DNA from: Pirellulales bacterium | GTDB taxonomy: Bacteria; Planctomycetota; Planctomycetia; Pirellulales; UBA1268 | Assembly (NCBI GenBank): GCA_040260935.1 | Contig: JBDQOY010000337.1 | Span: 1 to 44,412, forward strand | Direction: 5' to 3' | DNA length: 44,412 nt | Part shown: piece by piece, positions 34,015 through 43,795 of the stretch | How the letters are laid out: each line of letters starts with the position of its first letter | Position numbering within the stretch: position 1 is the stretch's first letter | Position numbers and translations under genes: made by a program | The notes under the pieces: model-generated | Seen by the model: only the letters and a program-made list of their open reading frames with translations | The model's database searches: none | What the model was told of the DNA's origin: nothing

Positions 34015-35679
34015 ATGAGGATGTCAAGCATTGTGAAGCAGTCAGCAGTTTCGCTGGCTGCCCTAGGGTTGTTTCTTTCTACCGCGACGGCGGCCGATGG
34101 GCCGGTCCTTCCGGCTGCCGAACCGAAGCCGGTCTCCGTGCTGGCAGAAGAAGGCGTCGGCGGCCAGCTCGATGAGCGGAGTGGCAGTCTGTCGGATGTG
34201 GGAGCGAGCAACACCGATGTCGTTCCAACAGACCGAGAGCCGACCGTGCAGGAACTGCTCCAGCGGATTCAACAGTTGGAGTCCGAGCACGACACGCTCG
34301 AGGTGGAGCATGACACCTTCCGTGACCGCTTCCATGAGTCGGGTGACCTGGGGCGGATCATCCGGCGGGCAGCCTCGGCACCGGTGCTCGATGAGCGTTC
34401 CGGCAGTCTTTCCGGTGCTGGGGTGAGCAACACCGATGTGATCTCAACCGGTGACGATGAATATGGTCTCGGCTATGACGGGGGCTTTTACTTCAATCCG
34501 GATGATCCGGAAAAAGACCCCTACTCAATGAAATTGAACGGCCGGATGCAGTTCCGCTACATCGGCTTTTCCCGTTCAGAGCCCACCTGGACCAATTCCG
34601 CAGGTACGGTGCTGCCAATCGATAACCGCAGTGATTTTGAGATCGAACGTGGCCGGCTCAGCTTCAAGGGATTTATTCTCGATCCTGATCTGCAGTACTT
34701 CATCAACTTTGACTTCGACACCGATGACCGCGACCAGGTCATCATCCACGACTTCTGGGTGAACCGGAAATTCTCTGATTCGCTGAATGTTTTTCTGGGC
34801 AAGGCGTTCGTGCCGGGGTCCCGGGAATGGCTCAACGGGTCGACGACCACACGGCTGGTTGACCGAACGCTCGCCTGCACCTTCTTCCGACCTGACCGGA
34901 CGGTCGGCATCTGGGCGGAAGGTGAGTATCTGGAAAACCGTTACTACCGCATGATGATCGGAGACGGCTTCAACACCACGGGGCGGAAGACCAACGCCGC
35001 TGAGATCGACGGCAACTTTGTCTACTCGGGGACGACCTGGTGGGATGTGAGCGGCAATCACGGCCGCGGCTATTCAGACCTTGAGGACCACGACAACTTC
35101 GCCCTTGAAATCGGTACCAGTTTCACTTACGGGCAGCAGGACGGTCCGGGGCCGTTTGAGCAGCCCCGGATTGAGCAGAACTTTGTTCGGCTGGCCGATG
35201 GCACCATCGTGACAACGCCCGATGCGATCTTTGCTGGGGTCACGGTGGACCAGTACGACATCGCCCTCTTTGCAGTCGATGCCGCCTGGAAGTATCGGGG
35301 CTGGAGTTTTGACATGGAGTACTACTTCCGGCAACTGAGCAACTTTGCCGGCAAGTACAACAGCGGTGCTGATAAAGGCCAGCAGGCGGTCGTGCCCTCC
35401 GAGGTGATCTACAACCACGGCTTCGGCATGGAGGCGGGCTACTTCCTGATTCCGAAGCGGTTTGAGGTCAACTTCCGCACCTCACAGATCTACGGTGACT
35501 ACGGCCCCAGCCGTGGCTATGCCGGCGGAGTGAACTGGTTTGTCAACGGCACCCACAACTACAAGTGGTCCTTTGACGCTACCCAGCTCTACGGTTCGGC
35601 GGCTACGAACAGCGGCCCGAATTATGTTGCCGGCCAGACCGGCGTGCTCTTCCGCATGCAACTGCAGGCTGCCTTCTAG
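34015..35679 (+). CDS. Outer-membrane porin, OprO/OprP (phosphate-selective porin)-like
   Basis: Signal peptide, coiled-coil N-region, GYDGGF, GRMQFRY, FEIERGRL, amphipathic beta-strands, GVNWF, C-terminal RMQLQAAF ending in Phe. Substrate not established. Confidence 0.8.
   Translation: MRMSSIVKQSAVSLAALGLFLSTATAADGPVLPAAEPKPVSVLAEEGVGGQLDERSGSLSDVGASNTDVVPTDREPTVQELLQRIQQLESEHDTLEVEHDTFRDRFHESGDLGRIIRRAASAPVLDERSGSLSGAGVSNTDVISTGDDEYGLGYDGGFYFNPDDPEKDPYSMKLNGRMQFRYIGFSRSEPTWTNSAGTVLPIDNRSDFEIERGRLSFKGFILDPDLQYFINFDFDTDDRDQVIIHDFWVNRKFSDSLNVFLGKAFVPGSREWLNGSTTTRLVDRTLACTFFRPDRTVGIWAEGEYLENRYYRMMIGDGFNTTGRKTNAAEIDGNFVYSGTTWWDVSGNHGRGYSDLEDHDNFALEIGTSFTYGQQDGPGPFEQPRIEQNFVRLADGTIVTTPDAIFAGVTVDQYDIALFAVDAAWKYRGWSFDMEYYFRQLSNFAGKYNSGADKGQQAVVPSEVIYNHGFGMEAGYFLIPKRFEVNFRTSQIYGDYGPSRGYAGGVNWFVNGTHNYKWSFDATQLYGSAATNSGPNYVAGQTGVLFRMQLQAAF
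34168..34440 (+). repeat. Diverged 54-bp in-frame duplication in the porin N-terminus
   Basis: 34168-34221 encodes LDERSGSLSDVGASNTDV; 34387-34440 encodes LDERSGSLSGAGVSNTDV. Confidence 0.85.
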
Positions 35680-35701
35680 GGGTACACCGAGAAGTATGCT
35701 G

Positions 35702-35737
35702 CAGCCCGGTTGCGTGGCGACGCAGCCGGGCTGTTTT
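35702..35737 (+). terminator. Rho-independent terminator after the porin gene
   Basis: CAGCCCGGTTGCGT-GGCG-ACGCAGCCGGGCTG (14-bp stem, one G:U pair) followed by TTTT, 22 bp after the stop codon. Confidence 0.8.
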
Positions 35738-35755
35738 GTGCGCGGGGTGGCGGCA

Positions 35756-36163
35756 TCACTCGGCCGAGGCGGCATGTTGCTTGAGCAGTTCGAACGGGAC
35801 GATCTCGAGGGCTTTTTCGCTCGTCGCTTCCAGGACCACTGCTGGGCCGCAGTCAGCCCGGACCGCCTCAAGCCAGCGGGCGGCACAGAGGCACCAGCGA
35901 TCTCCCGGCACCAGGCCCGGAAAGTCGTATTCCGGCCGCGGGGTGACCAGATCGTTGCCTGCCTGCACGGTGAAGGCAAGGAAGGCCTCGGTCATGACCG
36001 CGCAGACCGTGTGCGACCCGGTGTCTTCGCTGCAGGTGCGGCAGACGCCGTCACGGAAAAAGCCGGTGAGTGGCGCCGTGGAACAGGGGATGAGCGGTTG
36101 CCCCAGGAGGTTGCGATCGGCGGGCTGCTCAGGCTGACCTGCCGGTGTGTCAAAGGCGATCAT
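35756..36163 (-). CDS. DUF2237-family protein
   Basis: NLLGQPL-PCS-PLTGFFRDG-C, D-GSHTVCA, GNDL-TPRPEY-FPGL-PGDRWCLCAARW. Confidence 0.92.
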   Translation of the reverse strand: MIAFDTPAGQPEQPADRNLLGQPLIPCSTAPLTGFFRDGVCRTCSEDTGSHTVCAVMTEAFLAFTVQAGNDLVTPRPEYDFPGLVPGDRWCLCAARWLEAVRADCGPAVVLEATSEKALEIVPFELLKQHAASAE

Positions 36164-36303
36164 GGTGGTGGGCTCGTGGGGACGCAGGCGGGGTGAAGAA
36201 CCGGGCGGGCTGGCAGCGGCCGTTGATGCGGTTGGCCAGCTGGCAGCCCTGTCAGAGAGTATGATGACAGCGTTTCGGTTCACCTGCCACCCGAGTCGTC
36301 CGC

Positions 36304-36879
36304 ATGCTCAGTCTGCAAGCCCCCACTCCTGTCCGCTGGTTCACCCAGGTCGATACCAACCTCGACGAAATTCTCATCGACCATGCCCACTGCGAGAAGA
36401 AGGCCGCCGGCGTGGCGATGAATCTCCTGTTTGCCTACGTCGACAACACAAACCTCAGCCGGGCGATGACTGAGATCGTCAATGAAGAGTTGGAGCATTT
36501 TCAGATGGTGCTCGACCTGCTCAAGCGGCGGGCCATCCCGTTCCGGAAACTTGCCCCTAGCCACTATGGCCCACGGCTGCATGAACTGATCCGTAAGGGA
36601 GAACCTGACCGGGCGGTCGATCGGCTGCTGGTGGCTGGGCTGATTGAGGCCCGCAGTTGTGAGAGGTTTTCGCTCTTGAAGGACCATGTGCAGGATGCAG
36701 AACTGGTTGCCTTCTATGGCGGGCTGTTTGAGTCGGAGGCGAGGCACCATGCCACCTACGTGCGGCTGGCCTGTGAACTGGCTCCTGAGGCCACGGTCCG
36801 TGACCGGCTGCACTGGCTGGCCTCTCGTGAAGCCGAGATCATCACCGAGGGAGATCCGCGACCGCGGATGCACAGCTGA
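36304..36879 (+). CDS. miaE: tRNA-(ms2io6A)-hydroxylase MiaE (ferritin-like di-iron)
   Basis: [31 protein letters not shown] di-iron ligand motifs. Confidence 0.94.
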   Translation: MLSLQAPTPVRWFTQVDTNLDEILIDHAHCEKKAAGVAMNLLFAYVDNTNLSRAMTEIVNEELEHFQMVLDLLKRRAIPFRKLAPSHYGPRLHELIRKGEPDRAVDRLLVAGLIEARSCERFSLLKDHVQDAELVAFYGGLFESEARHHATYVRLACELAPEATVRDRLHWLASREAEIITEGDPRPRMHS

Positions 36880-36908
36880 CTGTCCCCCGTGCCGACAAAC
36901 CGTGGCCT

Positions 36909-38825
36909 GTGAATGAACTGATCGCCGGTGGGGCGATGCTGGCGATGGCGGTCTGGGGTGGCCTGCTGGCGGTCCCGGTGGGCAGCCGACTGGTGCCGCT
37001 GGGGCCACTCGACCCGGGTGGCTGGTTCATGGAGCGGTCGCTGACCGTGGCCGACCTGCCGCTGCTGGCCCTGCTGCTCGTTGGTGGCAGCCTGCTGGTG
37101 GCCGACCTTCTCACGAAGCTGTTGCGCGGCACTTTTGGTTCGGACCTGTTGGCCGGCATGGCGATTGTCACCAGCCTGCTGCTGGGGGAATATCTGGCCG
37201 GCGTGCTGGTGGTGCTGATGCTCTCCGGTGGTGAGGCGCTGGAAAGCCGGGCGGTCAGCCGGGCGGGCGACGTGCTCAATGCGTTGGCTCGACGGATGCC
37301 GACGGTTGCCCATCAGCGGGCTGCGGGAGGGCTCGTCGATCTGCCGCTGGCGGAGGTGACTGTCGGCGACACGATCGTGGTGCTCCCGCATGAGATCTGC
37401 CCGGTCGATGGCACGGTGGTGGCTGGCCGTGGTGTCATGGATGAGAGTTATCTCACGGGTGAGCCCTATCAGATGCGAAAAGCCCCTGGTTCAGGTGTGC
37501 TCTCCGGGGCGATCAACGGGGAGTCGGCACTTGAGATTCGCGCGGACCGGGTCGGGGAGGACAGCCGCTACGCCAAGATCATGCAGGTGTTGAGGGAGAG
37601 CGAGCAGCAGCGGCCTCACCTCCGCCGGCTGGCCGATACCCTTGGGGGCCTCTACACACCGCTGGCACTCGCCCTAGCGGTAATGGCCTGGTGGGCCAGC
37701 GGTGATGCGATTCGCTTTCTGGCTGTGTTGGTGGTGGCCACCCCCTGCCCCCTGCTGATCGGCATTCCGGTGGCGATCATCGGTGCGGTTTCGCTGGCCG
37801 CCAAGCACGGCATCGTCATCCGGGACCCCGCTATTCTCGAACGGCTCGACAGTTGCCGCACGGCAATCTTTGACAAGACTGGCACGCTTACCTACGGCCG
37901 CCCCCAGTTGACGGAGTTGGTGCCGCTGGCAGATCGACCACCGGATACAGTGCTCGCCTTTGCGGCCAGCCTGGAGGCCTACTCCAAGCATCCGTTGGCA
38001 AGCGCCGTGCTGGAGGCAGCCCGCGACCGCGGATTGACGCTTTGGGATGTTGACAGTCTGGCCGAAGAGCCGGGCAAGGGGTTGGTCGGTCGGGTGATGC
38101 CACCGGGTGGGCCGGCGAGCCAGCTCACGATCACCAGCCGGCAGAAACTGGCAGCGCGTGATCCGGCTGGCGCGGCGACGCTGCCTGAGCACGCCGGGGG
38201 CCTTGAATGCGTGGTCGTGGCTGACGGGCAGGCGGTCGGCCTGTTGCGGTTTCACGATTCACCGCGGGTTGCCGGGCGACCCTTCGTTGAGCATCTGGCC
38301 CCGGCGCATGGGCTCTCGCGGGTGATGCTCGTCTCGGGGGATCGTGAGAGTGAGGTTCGCTGGCTGGCAGAGATTGTTGGTATCGAAGAGGTTCATGCCG
38401 GCATCTCACCGGAGGGGAAGCTGCACCTGGTGGAGGCGGCGACGGCCGAGGCGCCGACGTTGTTCGTGGGAGACGGCATCAACGATGCCCCAGCCTTGGC
38501 AGCGGCGACAGTCGGGATTGCGCTGGGGACTGCGAGTGACGTCACCAGCGAGGCCGCCGGCGCAGTGGTGATGGACTCAGCCCTGGAGCGGGTAGATGAA
38601 CTGCTGCACATCGGCAGGCGGCTGCGGATGATTGCGCTGCAGACGGCGGTGGGCGGCATGGCGGCAAGTGTCATCGGTATGCTGGTGGCGGCGGCCGGGT
38701 ATTTACCGCCGACCGCCGGGGCACTGGTGCAGGAGGCGATCGACGTGGTGGCGGTGGTCAACGCCCTGCGGATGTCATGGAGCGGCGGGCCGCTGTCAGA
38801 TATTCCCGGTAGCGAGCACCTGTAG
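36909..38825 (+). CDS. Heavy-metal-translocating P1B-type ATPase, P1B-5 subclass
   Basis: [27 protein letters not shown]; [14 protein letters not shown] and [18 protein letters not shown] match the P1B-5 transmembrane signatures. Confidence 0.92.
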   Translation: MNELIAGGAMLAMAVWGGLLAVPVGSRLVPLGPLDPGGWFMERSLTVADLPLLALLLVGGSLLVADLLTKLLRGTFGSDLLAGMAIVTSLLLGEYLAGVLVVLMLSGGEALESRAVSRAGDVLNALARRMPTVAHQRAAGGLVDLPLAEVTVGDTIVVLPHEICPVDGTVVAGRGVMDESYLTGEPYQMRKAPGSGVLSGAINGESALEIRADRVGEDSRYAKIMQVLRESEQQRPHLRRLADTLGGLYTPLALALAVMAWWASGDAIRFLAVLVVATPCPLLIGIPVAIIGAVSLAAKHGIVIRDPAILERLDSCRTAIFDKTGTLTYGRPQLTELVPLADRPPDTVLAFAASLEAYSKHPLASAVLEAARDRGLTLWDVDSLAEEPGKGLVGRVMPPGGPASQLTITSRQKLAARDPAGAATLPEHAGGLECVVVADGQAVGLLRFHDSPRVAGRPFVEHLAPAHGLSRVMLVSGDRESEVRWLAEIVGIEEVHAGISPEGKLHLVEAATAEAPTLFVGDGINDAPALAAATVGIALGTASDVTSEAAGAVVMDSALERVDELLHIGRRLRMIALQTAVGGMAASVIGMLVAAAGYLPPTAGALVQEAIDVVAVVNALRMSWSGGPLSDIPGSEHL

Positions 38826-38902
38826 CCACGAATCATCTGCGAAAGGTGTCTTGGTTGTGAGGTGTGCCGATCAGAACCAAACTGCTTGCTGCAGCACGTT
38901 CC

Positions 38903-40129
38903 CTACCGTTCGTTGCTCATCAGCAGGTTGCTCTTCAAGAAATCGACTGCAGACTTATACGGTGTCGTGGCACCCGGGTACTGCAAGAATGCCGTGGTCC
39001 CGGTCTGTTCCGCTTTTGCCTTGAGTTCTGTGCCGAAAACAACATGGTGGATGAGCCATCCTCGCACTCGGTTTGGATCACTCGGTTTCTTTCCGCCTGG
39101 CGGCATGCTGTAGCTCATAAAGATCGGGGGGTCGTCGGCCGTGAGGAGATTGAGTGCTGAATAGTTTCTCTTTTTTTCATCGACTTCGGCTAACGAATGA
39201 GCTCCCCAGGTTTTGAGCAGAACAGCCTCTGGTTCCATTTCACCAGCCGATGGTTTGATCAGTGATTCGGCAGGCGTGCCGTCATTGAGGAGGGGTAGAA
39301 TCTTGGTTTGGTAGAAGGAGCGTTCATTTGACGTCTGTCCGCCATTTGTGGCGAGGCAGGTCAGGCGAGTCGATTCTCGTTCGACAGGATCCGAGTTCGT
39401 TGGGTCAGCCATGTCTTCGCTATAGGCAATCCACATGCAGATCTGTGCGCCAGCAGATCCACCGAATGCAGCGATGCGGTCCTTGGCGATGTTCCAGTCG
39501 TCGGCCTTCGAGCGAATGAACTGCACCGCTCGCTTGGCATCATGGTGAGCCGTTGGCAGGGGGTCTGTCGTGATCAAGCGGTAATTGATCGAGGCGACTG
39601 AAATGCCAGCATCCAGCAAGGCGTCTCGATCGGCGGCATTGAGCTTCTCCTTGCTGCCTGCCTTAAATCCGCCGCCATGGATGTAGATGGCGACTGGCGT
39701 GGGAGTTGTGCTTTCGGCGAGCCACACGTCGAGCACATTTCTCTCGTTTGCACCATAGGAGACGTTTGAGAAGCTCGGTTCTTTCTCGGCATCCGAAGAC
39801 CACGTCCCAAAGAATCCCCCTGAGGGTTTTGTCGGTTTTGCGGTTCGTTGCCGCATGGCGGTGGCCAGCCGGAGCACCCGGTCTTTTTCAGCGGCGGAGA
39901 GTGTGCCGTCCCCATCTTGGTCAGCCTTGGGGAAACGCTGCATGATCCGTTGGCTCACGGCGTCTTCTTCGTCAGCAGAAAGTGTTCCGTCGTGGTTCGT
40001 TTCTGCCTGGGGAAAGAGTTGCAAAAGTTGTTCCCCAAAAGACGACTCCTCTGAGTGAAGCCTGCTCACGCCCAAAAAAATGACACACGTGAGGCATGCC
40101 GACGAGATGGCAAGGTGGGTTTTGTGCAT
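38903..40129 (-). CDS. Secreted alpha/beta hydrolase (esterase) with two N-terminal EF-hand-like loops
   Basis: SD AAGGAGG; signal peptide; ETNHDGTLSADE and DQDGDGTLSAAE loops; IHGGGF, GGSAGA, IHH. Confidence 0.88.
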   Translation of the reverse strand: MHKTHLAISSACLTCVIFLGVSRLHSEESSFGEQLLQLFPQAETNHDGTLSADEEDAVSQRIMQRFPKADQDGDGTLSAAEKDRVLRLATAMRQRTAKPTKPSGGFFGTWSSDAEKEPSFSNVSYGANERNVLDVWLAESTTPTPVAIYIHGGGFKAGSKEKLNAADRDALLDAGISVASINYRLITTDPLPTAHHDAKRAVQFIRSKADDWNIAKDRIAAFGGSAGAQICMWIAYSEDMADPTNSDPVERESTRLTCLATNGGQTSNERSFYQTKILPLLNDGTPAESLIKPSAGEMEPEAVLLKTWGAHSLAEVDEKKRNYSALNLLTADDPPIFMSYSMPPGGKKPSDPNRVRGWLIHHVVFGTELKAKAEQTGTTAFLQYPGATTPYKSAVDFLKSNLLMSNER

Positions 40130-40527
40130 GAGAGTGCCTCCTTGGAAATGGGCTCGAGGTTTTGAACGTGTTAGATGCAGCAGTGTTTCGGAATACATTC
40201 GTCGAAAACACGATGTTGGTGAAGGACGCACCGCAGCCTGCTGGCGGCTACCCAGGCGGGCCGAGGCGTCGGCTGAATGAATGCAGAGTGAGTTTCGGGG
40301 AAGAGCAGCAGTTGCAGCTTCGGCTTACGTGTTCGCCACCAGCAAAGAGCGAGTGCGAGAGCCTGCGTGTTTTTTCGAGAATCGCCTTCTTGTGAGCGCA
40401 GCCATGTGGATTCGTTCGTAGGTCCATGCAGTCGGTTTTTGTAGCGAGAACCTGCCAACTGGGACACATGAAGGCCGCCAGTGATACAGCGGTGTTCGGG
40501 GGGACTGCCCTGGAGAAATGCGTGCGT

Positions 40528-40579
40528 GTGAGGGAAAGTGAGGGAAAGTGAGGGAAAGTGAGGGAAAGTGAGGGAAAGT
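40528..40579. repeat. Perfect tandem repeat (GTGAGGGAAA)x5
   Basis: Five identical 10-bp units plus a partial unit, intergenic, about 40 bp before the first ATG of the PSD1 gene. Confidence 0.97.
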
Positions 40580-40619
40580 TGTGGGTGTAAGGAAAGAAGC
40601 CGCCTGACCATGAACTACC

Positions 40620-43600
40620 ATGATGGTGATGCCAGAACTCACGTCGACAAGTCGGGCAATGATCATGCCGTCGCTCTCGGGCATTCTGACCGCGGTGTTT
40701 CTGCTTCCTGGGCTGGGGCTTGCAGCCACGCCGACGCTGACCGCTGAGGATGCGGCTTTTTTTGAGACGGAGGTACGGCCGCTGCTGGTTGCTCACTGCA
40801 GCGACTGTCACTCGGCGGAGGCGGGTGATCCCGAAGGCGGCTTGTCGTTTGACTCGCGGGCTGATTTTCTCGCAGCCGAGGGTGTGGCCGTGGCGGGCCA
40901 GCCCGATGCGAGCCTGCTGGTGCAGGTCGTCCGGTATGACAGCGACCAGCAGATGCCCCCCGATGGCAAACTGCCCGATGCGGCTATCGCCACCATTGAA
41001 GAGTGGGTTCGCCGGGGGCTGCCCTGGCCCGATGACGGGAAGGCGGCCCGCGTTGAAACCTTTGACCTTGCCGCCCGCAGGGCTGCGCACTGGTGCTGGC
41101 ACCGGCCGGAGCGATGTTCGGCCCCCGCGGTCGCTGACACCGGCTGGTGCCGGAATGACATCGACCGCTTTGTGCTGGCGCGGTTGGAGGCGGCCGGGCT
41201 CGAGCCGGCGCCGGCCGCTGACCTCGCGGTGTTGGTGCGGCGGGCGAGCGAGATTCTCACGGGCCTGCCTCCTGATCCGACTACGCTGGCTCGGGTGCTG
41301 GCCGACCCCAGCCCGCAGGCGTTTGCGAGGTATGTCGATGAGTTGCTTGCGTCACCGCACTATGGCGAACGGTTCGCCCGGCACTGGCTCGACGTCGCCC
41401 GCTATGGTGAGACCCGCGGCCACGAATTTGACTTCCTGATTCCCAATGCCTGGCAGTATCGCGACTGGGTTGTGCGGGCGCTCAATGCCGACCTGCCCTA
41501 CGACCAGTTTGTTCGCGAGCAGGTTGCTGGCGATCTTGTTGAGCCGTCGCGGCTCACCGACCAGGGCGGCAATGAATCGGTTCTCGGTACCGGCTTCTGG
41601 CTGCTCGGGGAAGCGGTGCATGGCCCGGTCGACATCAAGCAAGATGAGGCTGACCGAATCGACAACCGGGTCGATACGTTTGGCAAGGCGTTTCTCGGCC
41701 TCGCCCTCGGCTGCGCCCGGTGCCATGACCATAAGTTCGATGCGATCTCTGCTGCCGACTATTACGCTATCGCCGGCATGGTGATGTCGAGCAGCTACCG
41801 CCAGGTGCCGTTTGAGACCCTGGAGGCGAACCGGCGGGTGGCGGCCAGGCTGGCGAAGGCTGATGCAGCCCTACGGCAGCTGCTGCCGCAGCTTGAGCTG
41901 CTGACCGGTGTTCGGGCGGAAGCCTCGCCGGTTGTGCACGACGGGAATGATTCGACTGCGGCCACAGAGACCGTGTTCGCGGATTACACCCGGGGTGACC
42001 AAGCCACCCGGCTGATCTGCGATGCTGCCGCCTGGGAGTCAGTACCGGCTGGGCAGCCGGTACTGACGGCTGGCGATGCGACTGAGGCGGGAGCCCTTTC
42101 CGTTGAGCCGCTGGGCCATGCCCGCAGTGATGCGGTCTGGGCAACAGGCCATTCAGCCGGTGAGCGAGATGTCCAACCACTTGGGGAGGTCGATCGGGCC
42201 GGTCGCGTCCTGCGGACACCGAAACATCGCATCCGTGATGGAGTGCTCTGGCATCGCGTACGAGGGCATCTGCAAATTTTCACGGTCGTCGACAGCTACC
42301 TGATTTTGAGTAAAGGCCCGCTGCACGGTGGCAATCTCCGCACGGTCGACACCAAAGGGCAGTGGCAGTGGGTCAAGCAGGATCTCCGCAAGGACATCGA
42401 GAATTGGCCAACCGGCCATGTTGTGCATGTCGAGTACGCCGCCATCGAAGGTGAGGCAGGCGTGGCTGAAACCGTGGCGTCGCTCGAGCAGCCCACGCGC
42501 ACCGATCCGACCTGGCCAGCGGCGATGAATGTGGTGCTGGCCAGCGGCACCATCGACTGGAAAGCGTCCCCTGCCGCTGCGATCCGTGCCCGCGCCAGCA
42601 ACGCCGCTGGCAAGCGACATGCGATCCGGGCTGAGGCCAGGCTCGTTTCGGCGACTGCGCCGGCGTTGCTCGACGGCAACGGCATCGACCAGTTCGTGCT
42701 GCTCAAGGGCTCGGCGGCCCGGCCGGGTGAGTTGTCTCCGCGGCGGTTCCTCGAGGCAATCGATGGGGCCGACCAGCCGGACTGGCCCGACCATTCGTCG
42801 GGCCGGTTGGAACTGGCTGACCGCGTGCTCGACCCGGCCAACCCGCTGGCCAGTCGCGTCATGGTCAACCGACTCTGGCACCACGTGTTCGGCCGTGGCC
42901 TCGTACCGACCACCGACAACTTCGGCAAACTGGGCGAGCCGCCAGCCGATCCGCAGGCCCAGGCGCTCCTTGACCAGTTGGCCGTCCGATTTATCGAGGA
43001 AGGCTGGAGCATCAAGAAGCTGATTCGGCAGATTGTCACCAGCAGCACCTGGCGGATGAGCTCGACGCCGAGCATGGCTGCAACCGCACACGATCCACTC
43101 AATCAACTGCTGCATCACTATCCGGTGCGGCGGCTGGAGGGTGAGGCAATTCGTGACAAGATTCTTGCGGTCAGTGGCTGGCTCGATCGCACGGTGGGTG
43201 GTCCGAGCGTGGAAGTCTTCCTGACGGATTTTCATGAGGGGCGGGGTCGACCGACGTCGGGACCGCTCGATGGCAACGGCCGCCGCAGTCTTTACACCAA
43301 GATCCGCCGCAATTTCCTGCCGAGTTTCCTGCTGGCCTTTGATCTGCCGGTGCCGTTTCAAGCGATGGGCCGCCGAAACGTGACCAACGTGCCGGCGCAG
43401 GCCCTGACCCTGATGAACGATCCGTTCGTTCGGGAGCAGGCAGGCGTCTGGGCCCGTCGGCTTCTGGCTGACAACAGTCAGACGCCCGCAGCCCGAATCG
43501 ACCAGATGTACCGTGAGGCGTTTTCCCGACCGCCAGCACCGGACGAGCAGGCGGTCGCTCTGGAGTTTCTCGCAGCCCAAGCTGAACGGCACGGAGCCGA

Positions 43601-43688
43601 TTTTGCTGCCGACCCGACCAACGAAGCGGCCTGGGCCGACCTGGCTCACGCCCTGTTCAACGCCAAGGAGTTAATCTTTGTCCCGTGA
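40620..43688 (+). CDS. Planctomycete cytochrome c + DUF1549 + DUF1553 (PSD1) protein
   Basis: FFETEVRPLL..HCSDCH, SPHYGERFARHWLDVARY, CARCHDHKFD, RVMVNRLWHHVFGRG, RRSLY, PAQAL-LMN. Start could also be 40659 or 40665. Confidence 0.92.
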   Translation: MMVMPELTSTSRAMIMPSLSGILTAVFLLPGLGLAATPTLTAEDAAFFETEVRPLLVAHCSDCHSAEAGDPEGGLSFDSRADFLAAEGVAVAGQPDASLLVQVVRYDSDQQMPPDGKLPDAAIATIEEWVRRGLPWPDDGKAARVETFDLAARRAAHWCWHRPERCSAPAVADTGWCRNDIDRFVLARLEAAGLEPAPAADLAVLVRRASEILTGLPPDPTTLARVLADPSPQAFARYVDELLASPHYGERFARHWLDVARYGETRGHEFDFLIPNAWQYRDWVVRALNADLPYDQFVREQVAGDLVEPSRLTDQGGNESVLGTGFWLLGEAVHGPVDIKQDEADRIDNRVDTFGKAFLGLALGCARCHDHKFDAISAADYYAIAGMVMSSSYRQVPFETLEANRRVAARLAKADAALRQLLPQLELLTGVRAEASPVVHDGNDSTAATETVFADYTRGDQATRLICDAAAWESVPAGQPVLTAGDATEAGALSVEPLGHARSDAVWATGHSAGERDVQPLGEVDRAGRVLRTPKHRIRDGVLWHRVRGHLQIFTVVDSYLILSKGPLHGGNLRTVDTKGQWQWVKQDLRKDIENWPTGHVVHVEYAAIEGEAGVAETVASLEQPTRTDPTWPAAMNVVLASGTIDWKASPAAAIRARASNAAGKRHAIRAEARLVSATAPALLDGNGIDQFVLLKGSAARPGELSPRRFLEAIDGADQPDWPDHSSGRLELADRVLDPANPLASRVMVNRLWHHVFGRGLVPTTDNFGKLGEPPADPQAQALLDQLAVRFIEEGWSIKKLIRQIVTSSTWRMSSTPSMAATAHDPLNQLLHHYPVRRLEGEAIRDKILAVSGWLDRTVGGPSVEVFLTDFHEGRGRPTSGPLDGNGRRSLYTKIRRNFLPSFLLAFDLPVPFQAMGRRNVTNVPAQALTLMNDPFVREQAGVWARRLLADNSQTPAARIDQMYREAFSRPPAPDEQAVALEFLAAQAERHGADFAADPTNEAAWADLAHALFNAKELIFVP

Positions 43689-43795
43689 TCGGGATCCTCA
43701 CCGCTGCCGAAAGAATGGTTGCGAAGCCGCCCCGGAAATGACCGAAGAGAATTTCCGGTAAGCCCCTCGTGACAGACCAGCCAGAGCAACTGAAA

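Noticed and set aside
40528-40579. Tandem repeat as a CRISPR array
   Set aside because: Units are 10 bp, contiguous and have no spacers; no cas genes in the window.
40171-40729. Minus-strand ORFs with repeated SLTFPHFP peptides
   Set aside because: These are translations of the 10-bp repeat in all frames, with no other protein-like features, and some overlap the PSD1 gene.
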